Below are positions 23,633-37,750 of a stretch of 64,000 nucleotides of DNA, piece by piece. The translations under genes and the position numbers were made by a program. Within the stretch, counting starts at the first letter, position 1. Every line of letters begins with the position of its first letter. The notes beneath the pieces are model-generated. The model was not told the DNA's origin and ran no database searches. It saw nothing but the letters and a program-made list of their open reading frames with translations. Location: the NCBI RefSeq assembly GCF_009914755.1, contig NC_060933.1; one strand, given 5' to 3'. The stretch is from the human T2T-CHM13v2.0 reference genome, Homo sapiens.

Positions 23633-26184
23633 CATTCTCAGAAACTTCCTTGTGATGTGTGTACTCAAGTAACAGAGTTGAACCTTCCTTTTGACAGAGC
23701 AGTTTTGAAGCACTCTTTTTGTAGAATCTGCAAGTGGATATTTTGATACCTTTGAGGATTTCGTTGGACACGGGATATCTTCATATAAAATCTAGACAGA
23801 AGCATTCTCAGAAACTTCTTTGTGCTGTATGTCCTCAATTAACAGAGTTGAACCTTTGTGTGGATACAGCATTTTGGAAACATTCCTTTAGTAGAATCTG
23901 CAAGTTGATATTTAGATAGCTAGGAAGATTTCCTTGGAAACGGGAATATCTTCATATAAAATCTAGACGGAAGCATTCTCAGAAAGTGCTTTGTGATGTT
24001 TGCATTCAAGTCACAGAGTTGAATATTCCCTTTTATAGAGCAGGTTTGAAACACTCTTTCTGCACTACCTGGAAGTGGACATTTGGAGCGCTTTGAGGCC
24101 TATGTTGAAAAACGAAATATCTTCCCATAAAAACTAGACAGAAGCATTCTCAGAAACTTGTTTGTGATGTGTGTATTCAACTAACAGAGATGAACCTTTC
24201 TTTTTACAGAGCAGTTTTGAAACACTCTTTTTGTGGAATCTGAAAGTGGATATTTGGATAGCTTTGAGGATTTCGTTGGAAACGGGATTACATATAAAAC
24301 CTAGAGAGAAGCATTCTCAGGAACTTCTTTGTGATGTTTGCCTTCAAGTCACAGGACTGAACATTCCCTTTCATAGAGCAGGTTTGAAACACTCTTTCTG
24401 TAGTATCTGCAAGCTGACGTTTCAAGCGCTTTCAGGCCTATGGTGAGAAAGGAAATATCTTCAAGTAAAAACTAGACAGAAGCATTCTCAGAAACTTATT
24501 TGCCATGTGTGTTCTCAACTAACAGAGTTGAACCTTTGTTTTGATACGGCATTTTGGAAACACTCTTTTTGTAGAATCTGCAGGTGGATATTCGGATAGC
24601 TTTGAAGGTTTCGTTGGAAACGGGAATATCTTCATATAAAATCTAGACGGAAGCATTCTCAGAAACTGCTTTGTGATGTTTTCATTCAAGTCACAGAGTA
24701 GAATGTTCCCTGTTATATACCAGGTTTGAGACACTCTTTCTGCACTACCTGGAAGTGGACGTTTGGAGCGCTTTGAGGCCTATGTTGAAAAAGGAAATAT
24801 CTTCCCATAAAAACTAGACAGAAGCATTCTCAGAAACTTGTTTGTGATGTGTGTATTCAACTAACAGAGATGAACCTTTCTTTTTACAGAGCAGTTTTGA
24901 AACACTCTTTTTGTGGAATCTGAAAGTGGATATTTGGATAGCTTTGAGGATTTCGTTGGAAACGGGATTACATATAAAATCTAGAGAGAAGCATTCTCAG
25001 GAACTTCTTTGTGATGTTTGCATTCACGTCACAGAACTGAACATTCCCTTTCATAGAGCATGTTTGAAACACTCTTTCTGTAGTATCTGCAAACGGACAT
25101 TTCAAACGCTTTCAGGCCTATGGTGAGAAAGGAAATATCTTCAAGTAAAAACTAGACAGAAGCATTCTCAGAAACTTATTTGCGATGTGTGTCCTCAACT
25201 AACAGAGTTGAACCTTTCTTTTGATACAACATTTTGGAAACACTCTTTTTGTAGAATCTGCAAGTGGATATTTGAATAGCTTTGAAGGTTTCGTTGGAAA
25301 TGGGAATATCTTCATATAAAATCAAGACAGAAGCATTCTCAGAAACTTCTCTGTGATGTTTGCATTCAACTCATAGAGTTGAACACTTCCCTTCATACAG
25401 CAGGTTTGAAACACTCTTTTTGTAATATTTGGAAGTGGACATTTGCAGCGCTTTGAGGCCTATGATGAAAAAGGAAATATCTTCCCATAAAAACTAGACA
25501 GAAGCATTCTCAGAAACTTGTTTGTGATGTGTGTATTCAACTAACAGAGATGAACCTTTCTTTTTACAGAGCAGTTTTGAAACACTCTTTTTGTGGAATC
25601 TGAAAGTGGATATTTGGATAGCTTTGCGGATTTCGTTGGAAACGGGATTACATATAAAATCTAGGGAGAAGCATTCTCAGGAACTTCTTTGTGATGTTTG
25701 CATTCAAGTCACAGAACTGAACATTCCCTTTCATAGAGTAGGTTTGAAACACTCTTTCTGTAGTATCTGCAAGCGGACGTTTTAAGCGCTTTCAGGCCTG
25801 TGGTGAGAAAGGAAATATCTTCAAATAAAAACTAGACAGAAGCATTCTCAGAAACTTATTTGCGATGTGTGTCCTCAACTAACAGAGTTGAACCTTTCTT
25901 TTGATACAACATTTTGGAAACACTCTTTTTGTAGAATCTGCAAGTGGATATTTGGATAGCTTTGAAGGTTTCGTTGGAAACGGGAATATCTTCATATGAA
26001 ATCAAGACAGAAGCATTCTCAGAAACTTCTCTGTGATGTTTGCATTCAACTCATAGAGTTGAACACTTCCCTTCATACAGCAGGTTTGAAACACTCTTTT
26101 TCTAATATTTGGAAGTGGACATTTGCAGCGCTTTGAGGCCTATGTTGAAAAAGGAAATATCTTCTCCTAAAAACCAGACAGAAG
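23633..26184 (+). repeat. HOR 15-mer, T-A-C-D
   Basis: 2552-bp marker spacing. Confidence 0.9.
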
Positions 26185-29100
26185 CATTCTCAGAAACTTC
26201 CTTGTGATGTGTGTACTCAAGTAACAGAGTTGAACCTTCCTTTTGACAGAGCAGTTTTGAAGCACTCTTTTTGTAGAATCTGCAAGTGGATATTTTGATA
26301 CCTTTGAGGATTTCGTTGGACACGGGATATCTTCATATAAAATCTAGACAGAAGCATTCTCAGAAACTTCTTTGTGCTGTATGTCCTCAATTAACAGAGT
26401 TGAACCTTTGTGTGGATACAGCATTTTGGAAACATTCCTTTAGTAGAATCTGCAAGTTGATATTTAGATAGCTAGGAAGATTTCCTTGGAAACGGGAATA
26501 TCTTCATATAAAATCTAGACGGAAGCATTCTCAGAAAGTGCTTTGTGATGTTTGCATTCAAGTCACAGAGTTGAATATTCCCTTTTATAGAGCAGGTTTG
26601 AAACACTCTTTCTGCACTACCTGGAAGTGGACATTTGGAGCGCTTTGAGGCCTATGTTGAAAAAGGAAATATCTTCCCATAAAAACTAGACAGAAGCATT
26701 CTCAGAAACTTGTTTGTGATGTGTGTATTCAACTAACAGAGATGAACCTTTCTTTTACAGAGCAGTTTTGAAACACTCTTTTTGTGGAATCTGAAAGTGG
26801 ATATTTGGATAGCTTTGAGGATTTCGTTGGAAACGGGATTACATATAAAACCTAGAGAGAAGCATTCTCAGGAACTTCTTTGTGATGTTTGCCTTCAAGT
26901 CACAGGACTGAACATTCCCTTTCATAGAGCAGGTTTGAAACACTCTTTCTGTAGTATCTGCAAGCTGACGTTTCAAGCGCTTTCAGGCCTATGGTGAGAA
27001 AGGAAATATCTTCAAGTAAAAACTAGACAGAAGCATTCTCAGAAACTTATTTGCCATGTGTGTTCTCAACTAACAGAGTTGAACCTTTGTTTTGATACGG
27101 CATTTTGGAAACACTCTTTTTGTAGAATCTGCAGGTGGATATTCGGATAGCTTTGAAGGTTTCGTTGGAAACGGGAATATCTTCATATAAAATCTAGACG
27201 GAAGCATTCTCAGAAACTGCTTTGTGATGTTTTCATTCAAGTCACAGAGTAGAATGTTCCCTGTTATATACCAGGTTTGAGACACTCTTTCTGCACTACC
27301 TTGAAGTGGACGTTTGGAGCGCTTTGAGGCCTATGTTGAAAAAGGAAATATCTTCCCATAAAAACTAGACAGAAGCATTCTCAGAAACTTGTTTGTGATG
27401 TGTGTATTCAACTAACAGAGATGAACCTTTCTTTTTACAGAGCAGTTTTGAAACACTCTTTTTGTGGAATCTGAAAGTGGATATTTGGATAGCTTTGAGG
27501 ATTTCGTTGGAAACGGGATTACATATAAAACCTAGAGAGAAGCATTCTCAGGAACTTCTTTGTGATGTTTGCATTCAAGTCACAGAACTGAACATTCCCT
27601 TTCATAGAGCAGGTTTGAAACACTCTTTCTGTAGTGTCTGCAAGCTGACGTTTCAAGCGCTTTCAGGCCTATGGTGAGAAAAGAAATATCTTCAAGTAAA
27701 AACTAGACAGAAGCATTCTCAGAAACTTATTTGCGATGTGTGTTCTCAACTAACAGAGTTGAACCTTTGTTTTGATATGGCATTTTGGAAACACTCTTTT
27801 TGTAGAATCTGCAGGTGGATATTCGGATAGCTTTGAAGGTTTCGTTGGAAACGGGAATATCTTCATATAAAATCTAGACGGAAGCATTCTCAGAAACTGC
27901 TTTGTGATGTTTTCATTCAAGTCACAGAGTAGAATGTTCCCTGTTATATACCAGGTTTGAGACACTCTTTCTGCACTACCTGGAAGTGGACATTTGCAGC
28001 GCTTTGAGGCCTATGATGAAAAAGGAAATATCTTCCCATAAAAACTAGACAGAAGCATTCTCAGAAACTTGTTTGTGATGTGTGTATTCAACTAAGAGAG
28101 ATGAACCTTTCTTTTTACAGAGCAGTTTTGAAACACTCTTTTTGTGGAATCTGAAAGTGGATATTTGGATAGCTTTGAGGATTTCGTTGGAAACGGGATT
28201 ACATATAAAATCTAGAGAGAAGCATTCTCAGGAACTTCTTTGTGATGTTTGCATTCACGTCACAGAACTGAACATTCCCTTTCATAGAGCATGTTTGAAA
28301 CACTCTTTCTGTAGTATCTGCAAACGGACATTTCAAACGCTTTCAGGCCTATGGTGAGAAAGGAAATATCTTCAAATAAAAACTAGACAGAAGCATTCTC
28401 AGAAACTTATTTGCGATGTGTGTCCTCAACTAACAGAGTTGAACCTTTCTTTTGATACAACATTTTGGAAACACTCTTTTTGTAGAATCTGCAAGTGGAT
28501 ATTTGAATAGCTTTGAAGGTTTCGTTGGAAACGGGAATATCTTCATATAAAATCAAGACAGAAGCATTCTCAGAAACTTCTCTGTGATGTTTGCATTCAA
28601 CTCATAGAGTTGAACACTTCCCTTCATACAGCAGGTTTCAAACACTCTTTTTGTAATATTTGGAAGTGGACATTTGCAGCGCTTTGAGGCCTATGATGAA
28701 AAAGGTAATATCTTCCCATAAAAACTAGACAGAAGCATTCTCAGAAACTTGTTTGTGATGTGTGTATTCAACTAACAGAGATGAACCTTTCTTTTTACAG
28801 AGCAGTTTTGAAACACTCTTTTTGTGGAATCTGAAAGTGGATATTTGGATAGCTTTGCGGATTTCGTTGGAAACGGGATTACATATAAAATCTAGGGAGA
28901 AGCATTCTCAGGAACTTCTTTGTGATGTTTGCATTCAAGTCACAGAACTGAACATTCCCTTTCATAGAGCAGGTTTGAAACACTCTTTCTGTAGTATCTG
29001 CAAGCGGACGTTTTAAGCGCTTTCAGGCCTGTGGTGAGAAAGGAAATATCTTCAAATAATAACTAGACAGAAGCATTCTCAGAAACTTATTTGCGATGTG

Positions 29101-30775
29101 TGTCCTCAACTAACAGAGTTGAACCTTTCTTTTGATACAACATTTTGGAAACACTCTTTTTGTAGAATCTGCAAGTGGATATTTGGATAGCTTTGAAGGT
29201 TTCGTTGGAAACGGGAATATCTTCATATAAAATCTAGACGGAAGCATTCTCAGAAACTGCTTTGTGATGTTTTCATTCAAGTCACAGAGTAGAATGTTCC
29301 CTGTTATATACCAGGTTTGAGACACTCTTTCTGAACTACCTGGAAGTGGACGTTTGGAGCGCTTTGAGGCCTATGTTGAAAAAGGAAATATCTTCCCATA
29401 AAAACTAGACAGAAGCATTCTCAGAAACTTGTTTGTGATGTGTGTATTCAACTAACAGAGATGAACCTTTCTTTTTACAGAGCAGTTTTGAAACACTCTT
29501 TTTGTGGAATCTGAAAGTGGATATTTGGATAGCTTTGAGGATTTCGTTGGAAACGGGATTACATATAAAATCTAGAGAGAAGCATTCTCAGGAACTTCTT
29601 TGTGATGTTTGCATTCACGTCACAGAACTGAACATTCCCTTTCATAGAGCATGTTTGAAACACTCTTTCTGTAGTATCTGCAAACGGACATTTCAAACGC
29701 TTTCAGGCCTATGGTGAGAAAGGAAATATCTTCAAGTAAAAACTAGACAGAAGCATTCTCAGAAACTTATTTGCGATGTGTGTCCTCAACTAACAGAGTT
29801 GAACCTTTCTTTTGATACAACATTTTGGAAACACTCTTTTTGTAGAATCTGCAAGTGGATATTTGAATAGCTTTGAAGGTTTCGTTGGAAACGGGAATAT
29901 CTTCATATAAAATCAAGACAGAAGCATTCTCAGAAACTTCTCTGTGATGTTTTCATTCAACTCATAGAGTTGAACACTTCCCTTCATACAGCAGGTTTGA
30001 AACACTCTTTTTGTAATATTTGGAAGTGGACATTTGCAGCGCTTTGAGGCCTATGATGAAAAAGGAAATATCTTCCCATAAAAACTAGACAGAAGCATTC
30101 TCAGAAACTTGTTTGTGATGTGTGTATTCAACTAACAGAGATGAACCTTTCTTTTTACAGAGCAGTTTTGAAACACTCTTTTTGTGGAATCTGAAAGTGG
30201 ATATTTGGATAGCTTTGCGGATTTCGTTGGAAACGGGATTACATATAAAATCTAGGGAGAAGCATTCTCAGGAACTTCTTTGTGATGTTTGCATTCAAGT
30301 CACAGAACTGAACATTCCCTTTCATAGAGCAGGTTTGAAACACTCTTTCTGTAGTATCTGCAAGCGGACGTTTTAAGCGCTTTCAGGCCTGTGGTGAGAA
30401 AGGAAATATCTTCAAATAAAAACTAGACAGAAGCATTCTCAGAAACTTATTTGCGATGTGTGTCCTCAACTAACAGAGTTGAACCTTTCTTTTGATACAA
30501 CATTTTGGAAACACTCTTTTTGTAGAATCTGCAAGTGGATATTTGGATAGCTTTGAAGGTTTCGTTGGAAACGGGAATATCTTCATATGAAATCAAGACA
30601 GAAGCATTCTCAGAAACTTCTCTGTGATGTTTGCATTCAACTCATAGAGTTGAACACTTCCCTTCATACAGCAGGTTTGAAACACTCTTTTTCTAATATT
30701 TGGAAGTGGACATTTGCAGCGCTTTGAGGCCTATGTTGAAAAAGGAAATATCTTCTCCTAAAAACCAGACAGAAG
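26185..30775 (+). repeat. HOR 27-mer, second copy, 4591 bp (1-bp deletion)
   Basis: Markers 26286 to 30877; T-run shortened near 26755. Confidence 0.92.
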
Positions 30776-33700
30776 CATTCTCAGAAACTTCCTTGTGATG
30801 TGTGTACTCAAGTAACAGAGTTGAACCTTCCTTTTGACAGAGCAGTTTTGAAGCACTCTTTTTGTAGAATCTGCAAGTGGATATTTTGATACCTTTGAGG
30901 ATTTCGTTGGACACGGGATATCTTCATATAAAATCTAGACAGAAGCATTCTCAGAAACTTCTTTGTGCTGTATGTCCTCAATTAACAGAGTTGAACCTTT
31001 GTGTGGATACAGCATTTTGGAAACATTCCTTTAGTAGAATCTGCAAGTTGATATTTAGATAGCTAGGAAGATTTCCTTGGAAACGGGAATATCTTCATAT
31101 AAAATCTAGACGGAAGCATTCTCAGAAAGTGCTTTGTGATGTTTGCATTCAAGTCACAGAGTTGAATATTCCCTTTTATAGAGCAGGTTTGAAACACTCT
31201 TTCTGCACTACCTGGAAGTGGACATTTGGAGCGCTTTGAGGCCTATGTTGAAAAACGAAATATCTTCCCATAAAAACTAGACAGAAGCATTCTCAGAAAC
31301 TTGTTTGTGATGTGTGTATTCAACTAACAGAGATGAACCTTTCTTTTTACAGAGCAGTTTTGAAACACTCTTTTTGTGGAATCTGAAAGTGGATATTTGG
31401 ATAGCTTTGAGGATTTCGTTGGAAACGGGATTACATATAAAACCTAGAGAGAAGCATTCTCAGGAACTTCTTTGTGATGTTTGCCTTCAAGTCACAGGAC
31501 TGAACATTCCCTTTCATAGAGCAGGTTTGAAACACTCTTTCTGTAGTATCTGCAAGCTGACGTTTCAAGCGCTTTCAGGCCTATGGTGAGAAAGGAAATA
31601 TCTTCAAGTAAAAACTAGACAGAAGCATTCTCAGAAACTTATTTGCCATGTGTGTTCTCAACTAACAGAGTTGAACCTTTGTTTTGATACGGCATTTTGG
31701 AAACACTCTTTTTGTAGAATCTGCAGGTGGATATTCGGATAGCTTTGAAGGTTTCGTTGGAAACGGGAATATCTTCATATAAAATCTAGACGGAAGCATT
31801 CTCAGAAACTGCTTTGTGATGTTTTCATTCAAGTCACAGAGTAGAATGTTCCCTGTTATATACCAGGTTTGAGACACTCTTTCTGCACTACCTGGAAGTG
31901 GACGTTTGGAGCGCTTTGAGGCCTATGTTGAAAAAGGAAATATCTTCCCATAAAAACTAGACAGAAGCATTCTCAGAAACTTGTTTGTGATGTGTGTATT
32001 CAACTAACAGAGATGAACCTTTCTTTTTACAGAGCAGTTTTGAAACACTCTTTTTGTGGAATCTGAAAGTGGATATTTGGATAGCTTTGAGGATTTCGTT
32101 GGAAACGGGATTACATATAAAATCTAGAGAGAAGCATTCTCAGGAACTTCTTTGTGATGTTTGCATTCACGTCACAGAACTGAACATTCCCTTTCATAGA
32201 GCATGTTTGAAACACTCTTTCTGTAGTATCTGCAAACGGACATTTCAAACGCTTTCAGGCCTATGGTGAGAAAGGAAATATCTTCAAGTAAAAACTAGAC
32301 AGAAGCATTCTCAGAAACTTATTTGCGATGTGTGTCCTCAACTAACAGAGTTGAACCTTTCTTTTGATACAACATTTTGGAAACACTCTTTTTGTAGAAT
32401 CTGCAAGTGGATATTTGAATAGCTTTGAAGGTTTCGTTGGAAATGGGAATATCTTCATATAAAATCAAGACAGAAGCATTCTCAGAAACTTCTCTGTGAT
32501 GTTTGCATTCAACTCATAGAGTTGAACACTTCCCTTCATACAGCAGGTTTGAAACACTCTTTTTGTAATATTTGGAAGTGGACATTTGCAGCGCTTTGAG
32601 GCCTATGATGAAAAAGGAAATATCTTCCCATAAAAACTAGACAGAAGCATTCTCAGAAACTTGTTTGTGATGTGTGTATTCAACTAACAGAGATGAACCT
32701 TTCTTTTTACAGAGCAGTTTTGAAACACTCTTTTTGTGGAATCTGAAAGTGGATATTTGGATAGCTTTGCGGATTTCGTTGGAAACGGGATTACATATAA
32801 AATCTAGGGAGAAGCATTCTCAGGAACTTCTTTGTGATGTTTGCATTCAAGTCACAGAACTGAACATTCCCTTTCATAGAGTAGGTTTGAAACACTCTTT
32901 CTGTAGTATCTGCAAGCGGACGTTTTAAGCGCTTTCAGGCCTGTGGTGAGAAAGGAAATATCTTCAAATAAAAACTAGACAGAAGCATTCTCAGAAACTT
33001 ATTTGCGATGTGTGTCCTCAACTAACAGAGTTGAACCTTTCTTTTGATACAACATTTTGGAAACACTCTTTTTGTAGAATCTGCAAGTGGATATTTGGAT
33101 AGCTTTGAAGGTTTCGTTGGAAACGGGAATATCTTCATATGAAATCAAGACAGAAGCATTCTCAGAAACTTCTCTGTGATGTTTGCATTCAACTCATAGA
33201 GTTGAACACTTCCCTTCATACAGCAGGTTTGAAACACTCTTTTTCTAATATTTGGAAGTGGACATTTGCAGCGCTTTGAGGCCTATGTTGAAAAAGGAAA
33301 TATCTTCTCCTAAAAACCAGACAGAAGCATTCTCAGAAACTTCCTTGTGATGTGTGTACTCAAGTAACAGAGTTGAACCTTCCTTTTGACAGAGCAGTTT
33401 TGAAGCACTCTTTTTGTAGAATCTGCAAGTGGATATTTTGATACCTTTGAGGATTTCGTTGGACACGGGATATCTTCATATAAAATCTAGACAGAAGCAT
33501 TCTCAGAAACTTCTTTGTGCTGTATGTCCTCAATTAACAGAGTTGAACCTTTGTGTGGATACAGCATTTTGGAAACATTCCTTTAGTAGAATCTGCAAGT
33601 TGATATTTAGATAGCTAGGAAGATTTCCTTGGAAACGGGAATATCTTCATATAAAATCTAGACGGAAGCATTCTCAGAAAGTGCTTTGTGATGTTTGCAT

Positions 33701-35878
33701 TCAAGTCACAGAGTTGAATATTCCCTTTTATAGAGCAGGTTTGAAACACTCTTTCTGCACTACCTGGAAGTGGACATTTGGAGCGCTTTGAGGCCTATGT
33801 TGAAAAAGGAAATATCTTCCCATAAAAACTAGACAGAAGCATTCTCAGAAACTTGTTTGTGATGTGTGTATTCAACTAACAGAGATGAACCTTTCTTTTA
33901 CAGAGCAGTTTTGAAACACTCTTTTTGTGGAATCTGAAAGTGGATATTTGGATAGCTTTGAGGATTTCGTTGGAAACGGGATTACATATAAAACCTAGAG
34001 AGAAGCATTCTCAGGAACTTCTTTGTGATGTTTGCCTTCAAGTCACAGGACTGAACATTCCCTTTCATAGAGCAGGTTTGAAACACTCTTTCTGTAGTAT
34101 CTGCAAGCTGACGTTTCAAGCGCTTTCAGGCCTATGGTGAGAAAGGAAATATCTTCAAGTAAAAACTAGACAGAAGCATTCTCAGAAACTTATTTGCCAT
34201 GTGTGTTCTCAACTAACAGAGTTGAACCTTTGTTTTGATACGGCATTTTGGAAACACTCTTTTTGTAGAATCTGCAGGTGGATATTCGGATAGCTTTGAA
34301 GGTTTCGTTGGAAACGGGAATATCTTCATATAAAATCTAGACGGAAGCATTCTCAGAAACTGCTTTGTGATGTTTTCATTCAAGTCACAGAGTAGAATGT
34401 TCCCTGTTATATACCAGGTTTGAGACACTCTTTCTGCACTACCTTGAAGTGGACGTTTGGAGCGCTTTGAGGCCTATGTTGAAAAAGGAAATATCTTCCC
34501 ATAAAAACTAGACAGAAGCATTCTCAGAAACTTGTTTGTGATGTGTGTATTCAACTAACAGAGATGAACCTTTCTTTTTACAGAGCAGTTTTGAAACACT
34601 CTTTTTGTGGAATCTGAAAGTGGATATTTGGATAGCTTTGAGGATTTCGTTGGAAACGGGATTACATATAAAATCTAGAGAGAAGCATTCTCAGGAACTT
34701 CTTTGTGATGTTTGCATTCACGTCACAGAACTGAACATTCCCTTTCATAGAGCATGTTTGAAACACTCTTTCTGTAGTATCTGCAAACGGACATTTCAAA
34801 CGCTTTCAGGCCTATGGTGAGAAAGGAAATATCTTCAAGTAAAAACTAGACAGAAGCATTCTCAGAAACTTATTTGCGATGTGTGTCCTCAACTAACAGA
34901 GTTGAACCTTTCTTTTGATACAACATTTTGGAAACACTCTTTTTGTAGAATCAGCAAGTGGATATTTGAATAGCTTTGAAGGTTTCGTTGGAAACGGGAA
35001 TATCTTTATATAAAATCAAGACAGAAGCATTCTCAGAAACTTCTCTGTGATGTTTGCATTCAACTCATAGAGTTGAACACTTCCCTTCATACAGCAGGTT
35101 TGAAACACTCTTTTTGTAATATTTGGAAGTGGACATTTGCAGCGCTTTGAGGCCTATGATGAAAAAGGTAATATCTTCCCATAAAAACTAGACAGAAGCA
35201 TTCTCAGAAACTTGTTTGTGATGTGTGTATTCAACTAACAGAGATGAACCTTTCTTTTTACAGAGCAGTTTTGAAACACTCTTTTTGTGGAATCTGAAAG
35301 TGGATATTTGGATAGCTTTGCGGATTTCGTTGGAAACGGGATTACATATAAAATCTAGGGAGAAGCATTCTCAGGAACTTCTTTGTGATGTTTGCATTCA
35401 AGTCACAGAACTGAACATTCCCTTTCATAGAGCAGGTTTGAAAAACTCTTTCTGTAGTATCTGCAAGCGGACGTTTTAAGCGCTTTCAGGCCTGTGGTGA
35501 GAAAGGAAATATCTTCAAATAAAAACTAGACAGAAGCATTCTCAGAAACTTATTTGCGATGTGTGTCCTCAACTAACAGAGTTGAACCTTTCTTTTGATA
35601 CAACATTTTGGAAACACTCTTTTTGTAGAATCTGCAAGTGGATATTTGGATAGCTTTGAAGGTTTCGTTGGAAACGGGAATATCTTCATATGAAATCAAG
35701 ACAGAAGCATTCTCAGAAACTTCTCTGTGATGTTTGCATTCAACTCATAGAGTTGAACACTTCCCTTCATACAGCAGGTTTGAAACACTCTTTTTCTAAT
35801 ATTTGGAAGTGGACATTTGCAGCGCTTTGAGGCCTATGTTGAAAACGGAAATATCTTCTCCTAAAAACCAGACAGAAG
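30776..35878 (+). repeat. Two 15-mers, T-A-C-D (2552 and 2551 bp)
   Basis: Markers 30877, 33429, 35980; 1-bp deletion near 33898. Confidence 0.9.
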
Positions 35879-37750
35879 CATTCTCAGAAACTTCCTTGTG
35901 ATGTGTGTACTCAAGTAACAGAGTTGAACCTTCCTTTTGACAGAGCAGTTTTGAAGCACTCTTTTTGTAGAATCTGCAAGTGGATATTTTGATACCTTTG
36001 AGGATTTCGTTGGACACGGGATATCTTCATATAAAATCTAGACAGAAGCATTCTCAGAAACTTCTTTGTGCTGTATGTCCTCAATTAACAGAGTTGAACC
36101 TTTGTGTGGATACAGCATTTTGGAAACATTCCTTTAGTAGAATCTGCAAGTTGATATTTAGATAGCTAGGAAGATTTCCTTGGAAACGGGAATATCTTCA
36201 TATAAAATCTAGACGGAAGCATTCTCAGAAAGTGCTTTGTGATGTTTGCATTCAAGTCACAGAGTTGAATATTCCCTTTTATAGAGCAGGTTTGAAACAC
36301 TCTTTCTGCACTACCTGGAAGTGGACATTTGGAGCGCTTTGAGGCCTATGTTGAAAAACGAAATATCTTCCCATAAAAACTAGACAGAAGCATTCTCAGA
36401 AACTTGTTTGTGATGTGTGTATTCAACTAACAGAGATGAACCTTTCTTTTTACAGAGCAGTTTTGAAACACTCTTTTTGTGGAATCTGAAAGTGGATATT
36501 TGGATAGCTTTGAGGATTTCGTTGGAAACGGGATTACATATAAAACCTAGAGAGAAGCATTCTCAGGAACTTCTTTGTGATGTTTGCCTTCAAGTCACAG
36601 GACTGAACATTCCCTTTCATAGAGCAGGTTTGAAACACTCTTTCTGTAGTATCTGCAAGCTGACGTTTCAAGCGCTTTCAGGCCTATGGTGAGAAAGGAA
36701 ATATCTTCAAGTAAAAACTAGACAGAAGCATTCTCCGAAACTTATTTGCCATGTGTGTTCTCAACTAACAGAGTTGAACCTTTGTTTTGATACGGCATTT
36801 TGGAAACACTCTTTTTGTAGAATCTGCAGGTGGATATTCGGATAGCTTTGAAGGTTTCGTTGGAAACGGGAATATCTTCATATAAAATCTAGACGGAAGC
36901 ATTCTGAGAAACTGCTTTGTGATGTTTTCATTCAAGTCACAGAGTAGAATGTTCCCTGTTATATACCAGGTTTGAGACACTCTTTCTGCACTACCTGGAA
37001 GTGGACGTTTGGAGCGCTTTGAGGCCTATGTTGAAAAAGGAAATATCTTCCCATAAAAACTAGACAGAAGCATTCTCAGAAACTTGTTTGTGATGTGTGT
37101 ATTCAACTAACAGAGATGAACCTTTCTTTTTACAGAGCAGTTTTGAAACACTCTTTTTGTGGAATCTGAAAGTGGATATTTGGATAGCTTTGCGGATTTC
37201 GTTGGAAACGGGATTACATATAAAATCTAGGGAGAAGCATTCTCAGGAACTTCTTTGTGATGTTTTCATTAAAGTCACAGAACTGAACATTCCCTTTCAT
37301 AGAGCAGGTTTGAAACACTCTTTCTGTAGTATCTGCAAGCGGACGTTTTAAGCGCTTTCAGGCCTGTGGTGAGAAAGGAAATATCTTCAAATAAAAACTA
37401 GACAGAAGCATTCTCAGAAACTTATTTGCGATGTGTGTCCTCAACTAACAGAGTTGAACCTTTCTTTTGATACAACATTTTGGAAACACTCTTTTTGTAG
37501 AATCTGCAAGTGGATATTTGGATAGCTTTGAAGGTTTCGTTGGAAACGGGAATATCTTCATATGAAATCAAGACAGAAGCATTCTCAGAAACTTCTCTGT
37601 GATGTTTGCATTCAACTCATAGAGTTGAACACTTCCCTTCATACAGCAGGTTTGAAACACTCTTTTTCTAATATTTGGAAGTGGACATTTGCAGCGCTTT
37701 GAGGCCTATGTTGAAAAAGGAAATATCTTCTCCTAAAAACCAGACAGAAG
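35879..37750 (+). repeat. HOR 11-mer, T-A-D, 1872 bp
   Basis: Only two tetramer ORFs (36417, 37097); 512+2x680=1872. Confidence 0.92.
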
